Position numbers and translations under genes: made by a program. This document shows positions 30,240 to 40,149 of a stretch of 64,000 bases of DNA, piece by piece. Origin of the DNA: an uncultured Gemmatimonadota bacterium (GTDB lineage: Bacteria > JAAXHH01); NCBI GenBank assembly GCA_951812955.1, contig OX638340.1:96001-160000 (forward strand), given 5' to 3'. The notes below the pieces were generated by a model, which was given only the letters and a program-made list of their open reading frames with translations, was not told the origin of the DNA and did not search any database. The stretch's first letter is position 1. Every line of letters starts with the position of its first letter.

Positions 30240-30590
30240 TCACGGTCCGGTCGGTGTCACGGACCGTAAGACTTCCACTTGCGAGGCGATCTCGCACGCC
30301 CCCGTTTCCGCATCTCTTTCAGCCCGGTACCGGAGCACGGTGTCGGCGGTGATTTCCAGTGTGTCACGTGCGACGCCTGAACAGGTGGGCGATTCCACCG
30401 ACATGATCTGGGTCCCGGCCTTCACGGATCGGAACTCCGTATACGCGCCTACCGGCAGTCCCCTCGTATCACCCGCCAGGTCGACCCGAATGGCTTCGGT
30501 ACTTTCCAGTGTATTGTAAACGGTCAGTACGAAGGAGTCTCCGCCCCCGCAGGAGGCGTACAGAAATGCCGTGACGAACAGGGCAAACAT
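30240..30590 (-). CDS. small lipoprotein of unknown function
   Basis: Signal peptide with lipobox MFALFVTAFLYASCGG. The start was set at the internal Met. Confidence 0.45.
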   Translation of the reverse strand: MFALFVTAFLYASCGGGDSFVLTVYNTLESTEAIRVDLAGDTRGLPVGAYTEFRSVKAGTQIMSVESPTCSGVARDTLEITADTVLRYRAERDAETGACEIASQVEVLRSVTPTGP

Positions 30591-30927
30591 GCTGCCGGCT
30601 CGTCTGGGTGCAGACCCTGATCCTTCGATTCCATCCATGACTGTACCCGAGACCGTTCCGTCGGGTGCTTTGCGCAAACACCGGGCACCTTCCCCACGGC
30701 GCGGCTTCCGACAGTTTCCTGCGCACCGAGATTCCTGCGGTGCGGCTCAATCTACCCGGACCGGTGCCGTATGTCAATCGGAAGTTGACCGCCAGACCGC
30801 GTAGACCGGCGGCCTGCCTTGGCCCTCTGACCGGCGGCCAGCCTGGGCCTGCGATGACCGTACCTGCGTTCCCGTTATGACCGTACCCCGGTTCCCGCGT
30901 TCGCCCGTGTCCCCGGGCGTAAACAGC

Positions 30928-30956
30928 TTGACAGGATCTCTGATCGATTGTAAAAT
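30928..30956 (+). promoter_or_regulatory. sigma70 promoter of the SBP-HK-RR operon
   Basis: TTGACA-17nt-TAAAAT, about 55 bp upstream of the ATG at 31012. Confidence 0.5.
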
Positions 30957-31011
30957 GTTGGTACTCACACGTTTCCCTCCTACACATAGTGGTACTTCAG
31001 GCGGTATTTTC

Positions 31012-32658
31012 ATGCTGAAGGCACGGCATTTCCCGGTCAATCACCTGTTTGCCTGCACGTTGATGCTGGGACTGTCCCTTTTGTCCAGGCCTGATGCGGC
31101 ACGCGGTCAGAGTCCGGAGCAGCAGGTCCGCCCGGTCCTGCAAGGCGGTACGGTCACCATCGGCAAAGTGGCCGCAGGGGATCTCACCTTCCACCCCCTG
31201 TTCAACAGCCTGGGGGTGGAGAGAGAAATAGCCTCGTTGATCTACGGGGAAGGCCTGCTTCGCGTAGATGATTCAGGCATGCCTGCGGACGGGCTGGCCT
31301 ATCTGCCCATTAAGCTCTCAGGCGGCCGCGATTGGGTGTTCCGGCTCAAGCAGGATATTGAATTCCACGATGGGGAGCCGTTGACCGCCGCCGACGTGAT
31401 CTTCACGTACACCCGGTACAAGTCCTCCAGGGTATATGATCCCGTCTTTCACCGATATTTCCAAAACATCGAGCGGATAACCGCCCTCGATCGACAGACG
31501 GTCCGGATCATCATGAAGTCGCCGATCGAATCTTTTCCCAATCGGCTGGCGGCCCTGCCCATTTTGCCCGGGCACCAGATGGGCCGCGGCCTTTTCGCCG
31601 ACGCCGGTGCGCATCTGGAAACGACCCGCCCCATCGGACTGGGACCTTACCGCGTCGAGTCATGGCCCGTCAGCGATACGGTGACGCTCGCGGCCAACGA
31701 AAGCTGGCACCGGGGCCGCGCGAATCTGGACAGGGTGGTTTACCAATTCTACCCTACTTCAGAGTCCCTGCAGGCGGCCTTTATCGTGCGGGAGGTGGAT
31801 CTTATCGAGGTGGAACGAGACGGCACGTTGAAGGAACTGAAGCGGGCCCGTTCCGATGCGAGGATACAGGCGATCGTGCCTGGCAGCCGCGCTTTCTCCG
31901 CGGTCTTCTACAATAACCGGCATCCGATTCTTTCTAACACGGCTATCCGACGCGCGCTGACCTATGCCACGAACCGTCAGCGAATACTGGACGAGGTGCT
32001 CGTACGTGGTGCGGGTGTGCTTGCCCAGAGTCCCATTCACCCGAATTTCGAGTTCAAGGGCGGCGACATGGGATTCGATTTCCGTCCGCGCGAAGCTCGC
32101 GAACTGCTGCGTCTCCAGGGCTGGGAGGACAGCGACGGCGACGGGTTCCTCGACCGGCAAGGTCGTTCCCTCCGGTTCGAGCTGCTGTTCTCCAGGGGGC
32201 AGACTTCCGCCGAGAAGACGGTGCGGGTCGTCAAACTGAACCTGAACCAAATCGGCATCCAGGTCGTTCCCGTGCCCGTTACACAGAAAGAACTGGTCCA
32301 GCGGCTTGGTGTCGGCAGCTACGACGCTGCGCTGTTCGTACAGGACTTCGAACCCACAGCGGATGATCTCTACGCGGTCTTCCATTCGGAGAGCATCGGG
32401 CTGGGGAATATGCTCGGATACCGGAACCGCCAGGTCGACCGCAATATCAGTTTCCTGTTCGGGCTGCCCGACCGGCAACGGGCCGGACCCGTCTTCCAGC
32501 AGCTCGAGATGCTGTTGATTCGGGACCAGCCTTGCATGTTCCTCTATTTTGTCGACACCCGGTACGTCGCGTATGATCCCACCTTGAAAAACCTGGGCCG
32601 CCCGGGTGAAGCGCTGCGGTCGCCCGCGGTCTGGTCCCGTACCGAATACTCCCCTTGA
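31012..32658 (+). CDS. ABC-type solute-binding protein, family 5 (peptide/nickel/opine SBP fold)
   Basis: Signal peptide MLKARHFPVNHLFACTLMLGLSLL followed by the SBP_bac_5 architecture. No permease or ATPase genes follow. Confidence 0.8.
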   Translation: MLKARHFPVNHLFACTLMLGLSLLSRPDAARGQSPEQQVRPVLQGGTVTIGKVAAGDLTFHPLFNSLGVEREIASLIYGEGLLRVDDSGMPADGLAYLPIKLSGGRDWVFRLKQDIEFHDGEPLTAADVIFTYTRYKSSRVYDPVFHRYFQNIERITALDRQTVRIIMKSPIESFPNRLAALPILPGHQMGRGLFADAGAHLETTRPIGLGPYRVESWPVSDTVTLAANESWHRGRANLDRVVYQFYPTSESLQAAFIVREVDLIEVERDGTLKELKRARSDARIQAIVPGSRAFSAVFYNNRHPILSNTAIRRALTYATNRQRILDEVLVRGAGVLAQSPIHPNFEFKGGDMGFDFRPREARELLRLQGWEDSDGDGFLDRQGRSLRFELLFSRGQTSAEKTVRVVKLNLNQIGIQVVPVPVTQKELVQRLGVGSYDAALFVQDFEPTADDLYAVFHSESIGLGNMLGYRNRQVDRNISFLFGLPDRQRAGPVFQQLEMLLIRDQPCMFLYFVDTRYVAYDPTLKNLGRPGEALRSPAVWSRTEYSP

Positions 32659-34538
32659 CGACGCGCAAATCCATGTTTCCCAGAAAGTTACGAGAAGGGC
32701 TGTGGCCGCGGCTGCTCGTATCCCATATCGCGCTGGCCACCATTCCGGTGCTGATCGTCGGTCTGCTTCTGCTCGCGACGGCCCGTCGTTCGATCGAAGA
32801 TACGGTGGCCGACGGCAATCTCGAGGTCGCGCGCAGGGCGAGTAACGAGATCCGGTTGTATATCGAACAGGCGCGGCGCGTGATCGACCAGGCCGCGGAC
32901 AACATGGATATGATCGATGCAACGGACGCGGTGTACCAGAAGCTGATCGACAATCTGGTCATCCGGCAGGATTTCCTCAGCGAGCTGTCCGTGCTGGATC
33001 TGGCGGGGCGGGAGAAACTGACCACCCGCCTCGAAGGACCGTTGCGCGCGCGGCCGGACCTGGAACTCCCGGAGGACGGAGATCCCACGGTCTCCCCGGT
33101 GTTCATTTCAGACGATGGCCTGCCTGCGGTGACGATCTCCGTGCCCGTGCGGCGTTTAGGCGAGCACTCGGGATACCTTGCCGCGCGGGTGAACCTGAAG
33201 GACATGTGGGACCTGGTGGACAACATTAAACTGGGGGAGGGACAAAGGGAAGGCTTCGGCAACGCTTACGTCGCGTCCGGAAACGGGCGCCTGATCGCCC
33301 ATCCGGAACGGGACCGTGTATACCGTCAGGACGACCTGTCCGGTTCTCCCGTCGGCACGGCGCTGAGTGAACGGCAGAGCGGCGCGCTGGTCTACACCGG
33401 GCCGGCGGGTGAGATGGCCGCCGCTTTCGCGACCGTCGAACCGCTCGGGTGGAAGGTCGTCATCGAACAACCGGCCGCCAGCGCCTTCGCCCGGTCACGC
33501 GATATGATCCTGGGCATCAGCGTGCTCATGGCCATCAGCGCGGCGGTCGCATCCCTGATCGGTATTCTCGTCGTCCGGAAGATCGTCCGACCAATCTACG
33601 AACTGGTGCGCGGCGCGCAATTATTCGCGCAGGGCAGGTTGACCCATACCATTGAAACGCCGGGGCATGGAGAACTGACTGCGCTCGCGCGCGAGTTCAA
33701 CCAGATGGCCCGCGAGTTGATGGAGAAGGAACGCCGCCTGAAACAGGCCGAGCGCCTGGCTACCCTGAGCAAGTTTGCCACCATACTGTCTCACGAAATC
33801 CGCAACCCGCTTAATTCCATGATCATCAACCTCAGGATTCTCAAGCGGGACATGGAGAATCAGAACGGCGATCAACAAAACCGCGGCGGTCACTATGAAA
33901 AAGTAATATCGGAAATCTGGCGCATAGACAGTCTCGTCGAGAATTTCCTGAATTACGCCCGGCCGCCGGAACTGGCGCCTTACCCCCACGACATAAACGT
34001 GATCCTCGACGAGGTGATCGCGATCCACCAGGGTACGGCACAGGAAAGGGGCGTCCGGATCATTACCCGGTTCCGGGACGGCGAGCTGATGGTATCCGTC
34101 GACATCAACCAGATCAAGCAGGTGTTCTTGAACATCATGCTCAATGCATTCGATGCCATGGAGCACGGCGGTACGCTGACGATTTCCACGGAACGGGCGC
34201 CGCCCCGCAACAGTAGCGATCTGACCCTGGAAGCCGTCGGCGAAGTCCCCCATGTCATCATAAAATTCGAAGATACGGGAAGGGGTATTGATCCCGACCG
34301 GCTGGACCGTATATTCGAGGTGTACTACACGTCCAAGTCGACCGGGACGGGACTGGGCCTGCCCATCGCCCAGCAGATCGCGGAGAAGCACGGAGGCGGG
34401 ATCTCGGTCGAAAGCACGCCGGGCGAGGGGACGGCCTTTACGCTGGCCCTTCCGGCGCTGGGGGCGGATGCGGCAGGGCCCTCCACCGGACAACCTTCCG
34501 AAACCACAGGGACGGAGCAGCCCGGCCAGCGGGACTAG
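32655..34538 (+). CDS. sensor histidine kinase (2 TM, periplasmic Cache-like sensor, HAMP, HisKA, HATPase_c)
   Basis: The H-box is LSHEIRNPLNSM, and GTGLGLPIA lies in the ATPase domain. The start overlaps the SBP stop, indicating translational coupling. Confidence 0.85.
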   Translation: MTTRKSMFPRKLREGLWPRLLVSHIALATIPVLIVGLLLLATARRSIEDTVADGNLEVARRASNEIRLYIEQARRVIDQAADNMDMIDATDAVYQKLIDNLVIRQDFLSELSVLDLAGREKLTTRLEGPLRARPDLELPEDGDPTVSPVFISDDGLPAVTISVPVRRLGEHSGYLAARVNLKDMWDLVDNIKLGEGQREGFGNAYVASGNGRLIAHPERDRVYRQDDLSGSPVGTALSERQSGALVYTGPAGEMAAAFATVEPLGWKVVIEQPAASAFARSRDMILGISVLMAISAAVASLIGILVVRKIVRPIYELVRGAQLFAQGRLTHTIETPGHGELTALAREFNQMARELMEKERRLKQAERLATLSKFATILSHEIRNPLNSMIINLRILKRDMENQNGDQQNRGGHYEKVISEIWRIDSLVENFLNYARPPELAPYPHDINVILDEVIAIHQGTAQERGVRIITRFRDGELMVSVDINQIKQVFLNIMLNAFDAMEHGGTLTISTERAPPRNSSDLTLEAVGEVPHVIIKFEDTGRGIDPDRLDRIFEVYYTSKSTGTGLGLPIAQQIAEKHGGGISVESTPGEGTAFTLALPALGADAAGPSTGQPSETTGTEQPGQRD

Positions 34539-34556
34539 TCGAAACAGGGGTATTTA

Positions 34557-35906
34557 ATGGAACGCATCCTGATCGCGGAAGACGACCGGAACACCCGGGA
34601 AGGACTGGTGGAACTGCTATCGGGCGAGGGGTACGAAGTGACGGGTGTGGCGGACGGTGAGCAGGCCTATGAAACGGCCCGGAACGACCGATTCGACGTT
34701 TTGCTCACAGATATGAAAATGCCACGGATCAACGGACTAAACCTGATCAAGCGCATGACCGGCACCTCTCCGGAGACGAGTATCATCATGATGACGGCCT
34801 TCGCCACGGTCGAGACGGCTGTAAAGGCCATGCGCGACGGCGCCTTTTCCTACCTGACCAAGCCGGTCAAGGTCGAGGAACTGCTCGCCACCATCGAAGG
34901 GGCGCTGCAGGAGAAGAAGAACAAGCGGCGCGCTGAAGGGTCGCCCGGGTCTTCGTCCATCCCCGATCCGGACATCATTGGCGAAAGCGTCCAGATCAGA
35001 GGTATTTTCGATCGGGTGGACAAGGTCGCCAGGGCCAATACCACGGTCCTGCTGCTTGGCGAGAGCGGTACGGGCAAGAGCCTGATCGCCCGGGCGATAC
35101 ACGCCAGGAGCTTTCGAAAGGACCGGCCGTTCGTGGATGTGAGTTGCGCCTCGATTCCTGAAAGCCTGCTTGAAAGCGAACTCTTTGGTACCGAAAAAGG
35201 GGCGTACACCGGTGCGCTCAGCACGACGCGCAAGGGGTACTTCGAGCGAGCGGCCGGAGGAACGATATTTCTGGACGAAATCGGCGAAATAACCGGTAGC
35301 GTTCAGGTTAAGCTGCTGCGCGTACTGCAGGAACGCCGGTTCGAAAGACTCGGCGGAACCGAACCGCTGAATATCGACGTCCGCGTGATCGCGGCCACCA
35401 ACCGGAACCTGGAGGACGCGGTTACGGAAGGGCGTTACCGGCAGGATCTCTACTACCGCTTGAACGTCATCCCCATTCTCGTTCCTCCCCTGCGCGAGCA
35501 TCCGGACGACATCCCGCCCCTCATCGACTATTTCATCCGGAAATACACGCGGGAGAACGGGCTCGAAGACAAATACATCACCGACGACGCCCTGGAGATC
35601 TGCACGAAGTACGACTGGCCCGGAAACATCAGGGAAGTGGAGAACGCCATCGAAAGCGCCGTAGTATTGAGTGACGGCGAACGCATCCTGCCGGAACATC
35701 TGCCCGATTTCCACCATGCTCCGGCGGCCGTTTCAAGCGCGGGGCCCGTACAGGGTACGCTCAAGGACACCAGGGGACAGGCGGAGAAACGCCTCATTCA
35801 ACAGGCGCTGCTGGAGTCGGGCGGCAATCGAACGCGCGCGGCGGAAGCCCTCGGGGTGACGGTCAGGACCATCCAGTACAAGATCAAGAAATACGATCTT
35901 CAGTGA
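34557..35906 (+). CDS. sigma54-dependent response regulator (NtrC family: REC, AAA+ sigma54 activator, Fis-type HTH)
   Basis: REC with DVLLTDMKMP. Walker A is GESGTGKS, the GAFTGA-type loop reads GAYTGA (in ESELFGTEKGAYTGA), and RRFERLGG is present. A C-terminal HTH is also present. Confidence 0.9.
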   Translation: MERILIAEDDRNTREGLVELLSGEGYEVTGVADGEQAYETARNDRFDVLLTDMKMPRINGLNLIKRMTGTSPETSIIMMTAFATVETAVKAMRDGAFSYLTKPVKVEELLATIEGALQEKKNKRRAEGSPGSSSIPDPDIIGESVQIRGIFDRVDKVARANTTVLLLGESGTGKSLIARAIHARSFRKDRPFVDVSCASIPESLLESELFGTEKGAYTGALSTTRKGYFERAAGGTIFLDEIGEITGSVQVKLLRVLQERRFERLGGTEPLNIDVRVIAATNRNLEDAVTEGRYRQDLYYRLNVIPILVPPLREHPDDIPPLIDYFIRKYTRENGLEDKYITDDALEICTKYDWPGNIREVENAIESAVVLSDGERILPEHLPDFHHAPAAVSSAGPVQGTLKDTRGQAEKRLIQQALLESGGNRTRAAEALGVTVRTIQYKIKKYDLQ

Positions 35907-35967
35907 CGAACCTTCCGGAGGGACGCCATCCGTCGACCGGGATAGCGCTTACAGTCGGTACCGGGTA

Positions 35968-36864
35968 ATGGAATCGAAAACCCTCGCCGTATCCGTCGTG
36001 ATGCCCACGTATAATCGTGAGGAAAGACTGCCGGCGGCGATCCGTTCCGTCCTGGAGCAGTCGTCGCCGCCGTCGGAGATCGTCGTGATCGACGATGGTT
36101 CGACAGACGCGACTCCGGCTCTCATGGAGCGATTTCCAGACGAATTTGCCTCGGAGGGAACTCCGGAAGTACGGTACATCCGGCAGGAAAACCAGGGCGT
36201 CAGCGTGGCCAGGAACCACGGCATCCGCGCTGCGAAGCACGATTGGATCGCCTTTCTCGACTCGGACGACGAATGGCTTCCCCACAAGCTGGAGAAGCAG
36301 TGCCGCGCCCTTGCACGCGAGCCGGGATTCCGGTTCTGCCATACCGACGAAATCTGGATCCGCAAGGGCAGGCGGGTCAATCCCATGAAGAAGCATGCCA
36401 AGTCCGGGGGCCGAATCTTCAACCAGTGTCTGCCCCTGTGCGTCATCTCCCCTTCTTCGGCGCTGATACATCGAACCCTGTTCGATCGCTACGGCATGTT
36501 CGATCCGGAACTGCCGGTGTGCGAAGACTACGACCTGTGGCTGCGCATCTGTGCGCGTGAACCCGTACTCTATATCGACGAACCCCTGCTGAAGAAGTTC
36601 GGCGGCCATGATGACCAGTTGTCGCGCCGTTACTGGGGCATGGACCGTTTCCGCATCCGTGCGCTGGAGAAGCTGATTCAAAGCGGCATACTGGAAGGAG
36701 ATGCACTGTCCGCCGCGCTGGATACCCTATACCGGAAAATCGACATTTACGTTGCCGGCGCGGAGAAGCGACGCAAATTCGAGGAAGCCGACCGCTACAG
36801 GGACAGGAAACGTCAATTCAAACAGCAATTTGAAGCATGCTACGACGGGACATCGGACGGCTGA
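35968..36864 (+). CDS. family 2 glycosyltransferase
   Basis: VVMPTYNREERL...VIDDGSTD...FLDSDDEW, i.e. the GT2 DXD architecture. Confidence 0.8.
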   Translation: MESKTLAVSVVMPTYNREERLPAAIRSVLEQSSPPSEIVVIDDGSTDATPALMERFPDEFASEGTPEVRYIRQENQGVSVARNHGIRAAKHDWIAFLDSDDEWLPHKLEKQCRALAREPGFRFCHTDEIWIRKGRRVNPMKKHAKSGGRIFNQCLPLCVISPSSALIHRTLFDRYGMFDPELPVCEDYDLWLRICAREPVLYIDEPLLKKFGGHDDQLSRRYWGMDRFRIRALEKLIQSGILEGDALSAALDTLYRKIDIYVAGAEKRRKFEEADRYRDRKRQFKQQFEACYDGTSDG

Positions 36865-36992
36865 CTATACGCAAAACCTTTCACATCGTTCTGAAGGGGT
36901 TTTCCTGTTATTGCCCGAGACTCGCGCGGTTCGGTCCCTGAATTCCTGTTGTTTGGCCGGTCCGGGCCGAAAACACCGGTCCTGAATACCTG

Positions 36993-37010
36993 TCGGCATG
37001 TTATTTGCGA
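36993..37010 (+). promoter_or_regulatory. sigma54 (-24/-12) promoter upstream of the TonB-dependent receptor gene
   Basis: cGGCATG-ttat-TTGCg compared with the consensus TGGCACG-N4-TTGCW. The GG-N10-GC spacing is exact, and the element lies about 95 bp before the ATG. Confidence 0.5.
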
Positions 37011-37103
37011 ACTTTTATGATTACGGGTGATCTTTAATAGACGCGTACTGGCCATTACGCTATGTCGCGGGTACTGCGCACCCGGGTCCGTTTTGCCTGT
37101 TGA

Positions 37104-39719
37104 TTGGGAGAGATGATGAAGCGCCTCGCTACGCTGTTCATCCTTTACTGCGGTCTTGCTTCGTTTTCGGCGCATGCGGCTACCTCCGGCAAAGTCACGG
37201 GATTCGTCCGGGACGCGGCGACCAACGATCCGCTGGCGGGTGTCACGGTTCGCGCCGAAGGTACCGAATTGCGGGCCATATCCGGCTTGAACGGCGAGTA
37301 TTTCATCCTCAACGTTCCAGTAGGCTCCATCCGGCTCGAAGTCCAGATGATCGGTTACCTGCCAATCCGGACACAGGAGTTTACCGTTAACAGCGATCGC
37401 ACCACGCGGATCGATTTCGAACTGGAAACGACGATACTCGACCTGGCAGAGCCCGTTGCCATCACCGCGCCGAGGACCTCGATCCGGTCGGACCTGACCG
37501 CTTCGAGTGAAGTGATCGTTCCCCGTGAAATCGAGTCTCTGCCCGTAACGGATCTGTCGGACCTCATCTTTCTGCAGAACGGGGTGGTCCGGGATGCCGA
37601 AGGGAACCTGCACGTTAGAGGCGGCCGCGGGAACGAGATCTCCTATTACGTGGACGGAGCCACCCTGGAGGATCCCCTGCTGGGCGGCATGGGAACGCAT
37701 ATTCAGCTAGGCTCGGTCGAGGAACTGGTAATCAACCGGGGCGGTTTCAACGCGCAGTACGGGGAGGCCATGTCCGGTGTCGTCAATATCGTGACCCGCG
37801 AGGGAAGCGGTTCCCTGTCTGGTACCCTCAGGGCCGCGACGGCCATGCAGTCTCAATACGACCTGGCGTCGGGAGGCTTCGGCGAAACTTCGGCGGGAAG
37901 AGGTGGGCGCCTCGAGGGAATACTGAGCGGCGCGCTGCCCTGGCTCAAAGACCGTGGCGGTTACTTTCTTTCCGGCCAGGTATTGAGCGACGGGCACCAT
38001 ATCCCGCACAACAGCCGATCTCTGGCCACGGTGGCGGGCAACCTAGTGTTCAAACCCTATCCCCTAATGAAACTGAAGGTCAGCGGGCATTACTTCCGTC
38101 AGCGCCATCTTCAGTACGACCACCGCAATGAAAATGGACTATCCTACGATTTCAACCCGGACGGGCTGCCCGAACGACAGGCCCGGAGCCACGCGCTTAA
38201 CCTGTCCGTCAGCCAGAACATCAGCCCGCGTTTCTTCTATACTGCCCGGTTCTACAGGTATTCCACCAACAGCACGCTGCTCCCCTCCATGCTTACGGAC
38301 CGGTATTGGACGCAGTGGCCGGGCTACTCGCAAAACAGTCTCGGCGAGTACGACGGATCGATCTATGAATCCACCCAACTGCCCTCGGAACGATACGAGG
38401 GACTTCCCTTTACCGCTGCAGGCGATTTCTTCCCGCTCTACCGGGATACCCGGGCTACGTACCACGGGGTCCGGGCCGACCTGAGCGGTCAGATAACCTA
38501 TTGGAGCCAGATCCGGGCGGGCGCCGAAGCGCAGTGGTACCGGCTGAACTGGGACGAGAGGTCCTTTCTTCAGGCCGCGCCGCACGGCCAGAGATACTCC
38601 GTCAATCCCGTGGAAGGCGCGCTTTACTTTCAGAACAAGCTTGAAATGAGCAGGTTGATCGTCGACGCCGGACTCCGGGTGGACTACCTGGACACGAGCC
38701 AGCGGTTTTTTGTCGATCTGCCCACGGGCCAGGCGGAGCGAAGAGACAACTCGACCAAGATCCGGCTGAGTCCCCGGCTCGGTGTTTCCCACTCATTTAC
38801 GCCACGGAGCCTGCTCCGGTTCAATTACGGTTACTTCTACCAGCCGCCCGAGTTCCGGCTCGCTTACGCGAACTTGAGACGCGACTTCAGCGGAGATTCC
38901 CCGCGGCTGGGAAACCCGGACCTTGCGCCCCAGAAGACGGTGGCCTATGAGTTCGGGCTGGAGCATATGCTTACAGGGGACGTCCGCATCGGGTTTACGG
39001 CGTCCTACAAGACCATTTCCAACCTGACCTCGACGGCACAGGTCCAGTACCCCGGTGGGATGTATTACATCTTCAACAACGCGGACTTCGGCTCCGTGCG
39101 CAGCGTCGAACTGATCGTGAAACGGGACGTGTCGCGCGTGCTTTCCGGGTCCTTCAACTACACCTATTCCATCGCCCGGGGAAGCGCTTCGTCGCCCCAG
39201 GAGCACGCGCAGCAGGCCGATACCGGCGAGAGAGGCTATTTCCCGCTCGCTTTCGACCAGCGGCATACTGCGAAAGCCGTGATGAGCCTGCTTGCGCCCG
39301 AGACCATCCAGCGGCGCATCCTGGGCGTTCCGCTCAACGGATGGGGGTTGTCTATGATCGGCTACTTCGGCAGCGGCCTGCCGTACACGCCGACCAACAC
39401 CTTGCGCGAAAGTACGGCAACCGCACGGAACCAGGCGCGCCTGCCGGCCTTTGTCAATCTTGATCTCCGCGTTAAAAAGCGTTTCAAGGCCGGCGGATTC
39501 AGTTACACGCTGTTCTCGGAGGTCCGGAACGTGTTCGATCGCCGGAATGTCGTAAGCGTTTATGCCAACACGGGACGTCCGGGGGACGACGGATACACCC
39601 TGGAATCATTCTCGGGCCGTTCGGAGGAGTTTATCCGGTTGAGGCGCCTGTTGAGCCTGGATCCCCAACAGTACGCCCCACCCCGAGAAATCCGCATGGG
39701 TTTCGAAATAGGCTTCTGA
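37104..39719 (+). CDS. TonB-dependent outer-membrane receptor with an N-terminal carboxypeptidase-regulatory-like (CarbopepD_reg) domain
   Basis: Signal peptide, then GKVTGFVRDAATNDPLAGVTV (Cna-B/CarboxypepD fold), a plug domain, a 22-strand barrel and a C-terminal aromatic ...FEIGF. Confidence 0.85.
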   Translation: MGEMMKRLATLFILYCGLASFSAHAATSGKVTGFVRDAATNDPLAGVTVRAEGTELRAISGLNGEYFILNVPVGSIRLEVQMIGYLPIRTQEFTVNSDRTTRIDFELETTILDLAEPVAITAPRTSIRSDLTASSEVIVPREIESLPVTDLSDLIFLQNGVVRDAEGNLHVRGGRGNEISYYVDGATLEDPLLGGMGTHIQLGSVEELVINRGGFNAQYGEAMSGVVNIVTREGSGSLSGTLRAATAMQSQYDLASGGFGETSAGRGGRLEGILSGALPWLKDRGGYFLSGQVLSDGHHIPHNSRSLATVAGNLVFKPYPLMKLKVSGHYFRQRHLQYDHRNENGLSYDFNPDGLPERQARSHALNLSVSQNISPRFFYTARFYRYSTNSTLLPSMLTDRYWTQWPGYSQNSLGEYDGSIYESTQLPSERYEGLPFTAAGDFFPLYRDTRATYHGVRADLSGQITYWSQIRAGAEAQWYRLNWDERSFLQAAPHGQRYSVNPVEGALYFQNKLEMSRLIVDAGLRVDYLDTSQRFFVDLPTGQAERRDNSTKIRLSPRLGVSHSFTPRSLLRFNYGYFYQPPEFRLAYANLRRDFSGDSPRLGNPDLAPQKTVAYEFGLEHMLTGDVRIGFTASYKTISNLTSTAQVQYPGGMYYIFNNADFGSVRSVELIVKRDVSRVLSGSFNYTYSIARGSASSPQEHAQQADTGERGYFPLAFDQRHTAKAVMSLLAPETIQRRILGVPLNGWGLSMIGYFGSGLPYTPTNTLRESTATARNQARLPAFVNLDLRVKKRFKAGGFSYTLFSEVRNVFDRRNVVSVYANTGRPGDDGYTLESFSGRSEEFIRLRRLLSLDPQQYAPPREIRMGFEIGF

Positions 39720-39729
39720 TTTTTCGACC

Positions 39730-40131
39730 TTAGAGCGGTTTCGCTCGCTGCACCAGTTGCAGCGGAGCCCCTTCCGGATCGCGGAAGAAAAGCAGGATGT
39801 TCTCTCCCGCCCTCGCTGGCGGACCTTCCAGTTTCACACCCTTCGATTCGAGTACGGCGACGGCTTCGTCCATGTCATCCACGTTAAAGGCAAGATGAAC
39901 GTGGGCGGTTCGGATGTCGGCGAGTTGCGTGTCATCGTCACCGGGCATGGGGATGATCTCGATGTGTCCCGTTCCTCTGGGATCCCGGATGAAGTAGATA
40001 TTCGCGTCGTTCCCGGGATTATTGAATCTGAGCGCGATCTCGAAGCCCAGCACGTCGCAATACCACTTTGCCGCGGCGTCCGTGTCCCGGTAGGCCACGG
40101 CCACGTGTTCCAGTGAATGAATCTTTACCAA
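39730..40131 (-). CDS. VOC (glyoxalase/bleomycin-resistance/dioxygenase) family protein
   Basis: 133 aa with LEHVAVAY and HVHLAFNVDD, the paired beta-alpha-beta-beta-beta modules with metal ligands. Confidence 0.7.
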   Translation of the reverse strand: MVKIHSLEHVAVAYRDTDAAAKWYCDVLGFEIALRFNNPGNDANIYFIRDPRGTGHIEIIPMPGDDDTQLADIRTAHVHLAFNVDDMDEAVAVLESKGVKLEGPPARAGENILLFFRDPEGAPLQLVQRAKPL

Positions 40132-40149
40132 GGCAATGCTCCTTCCTGT

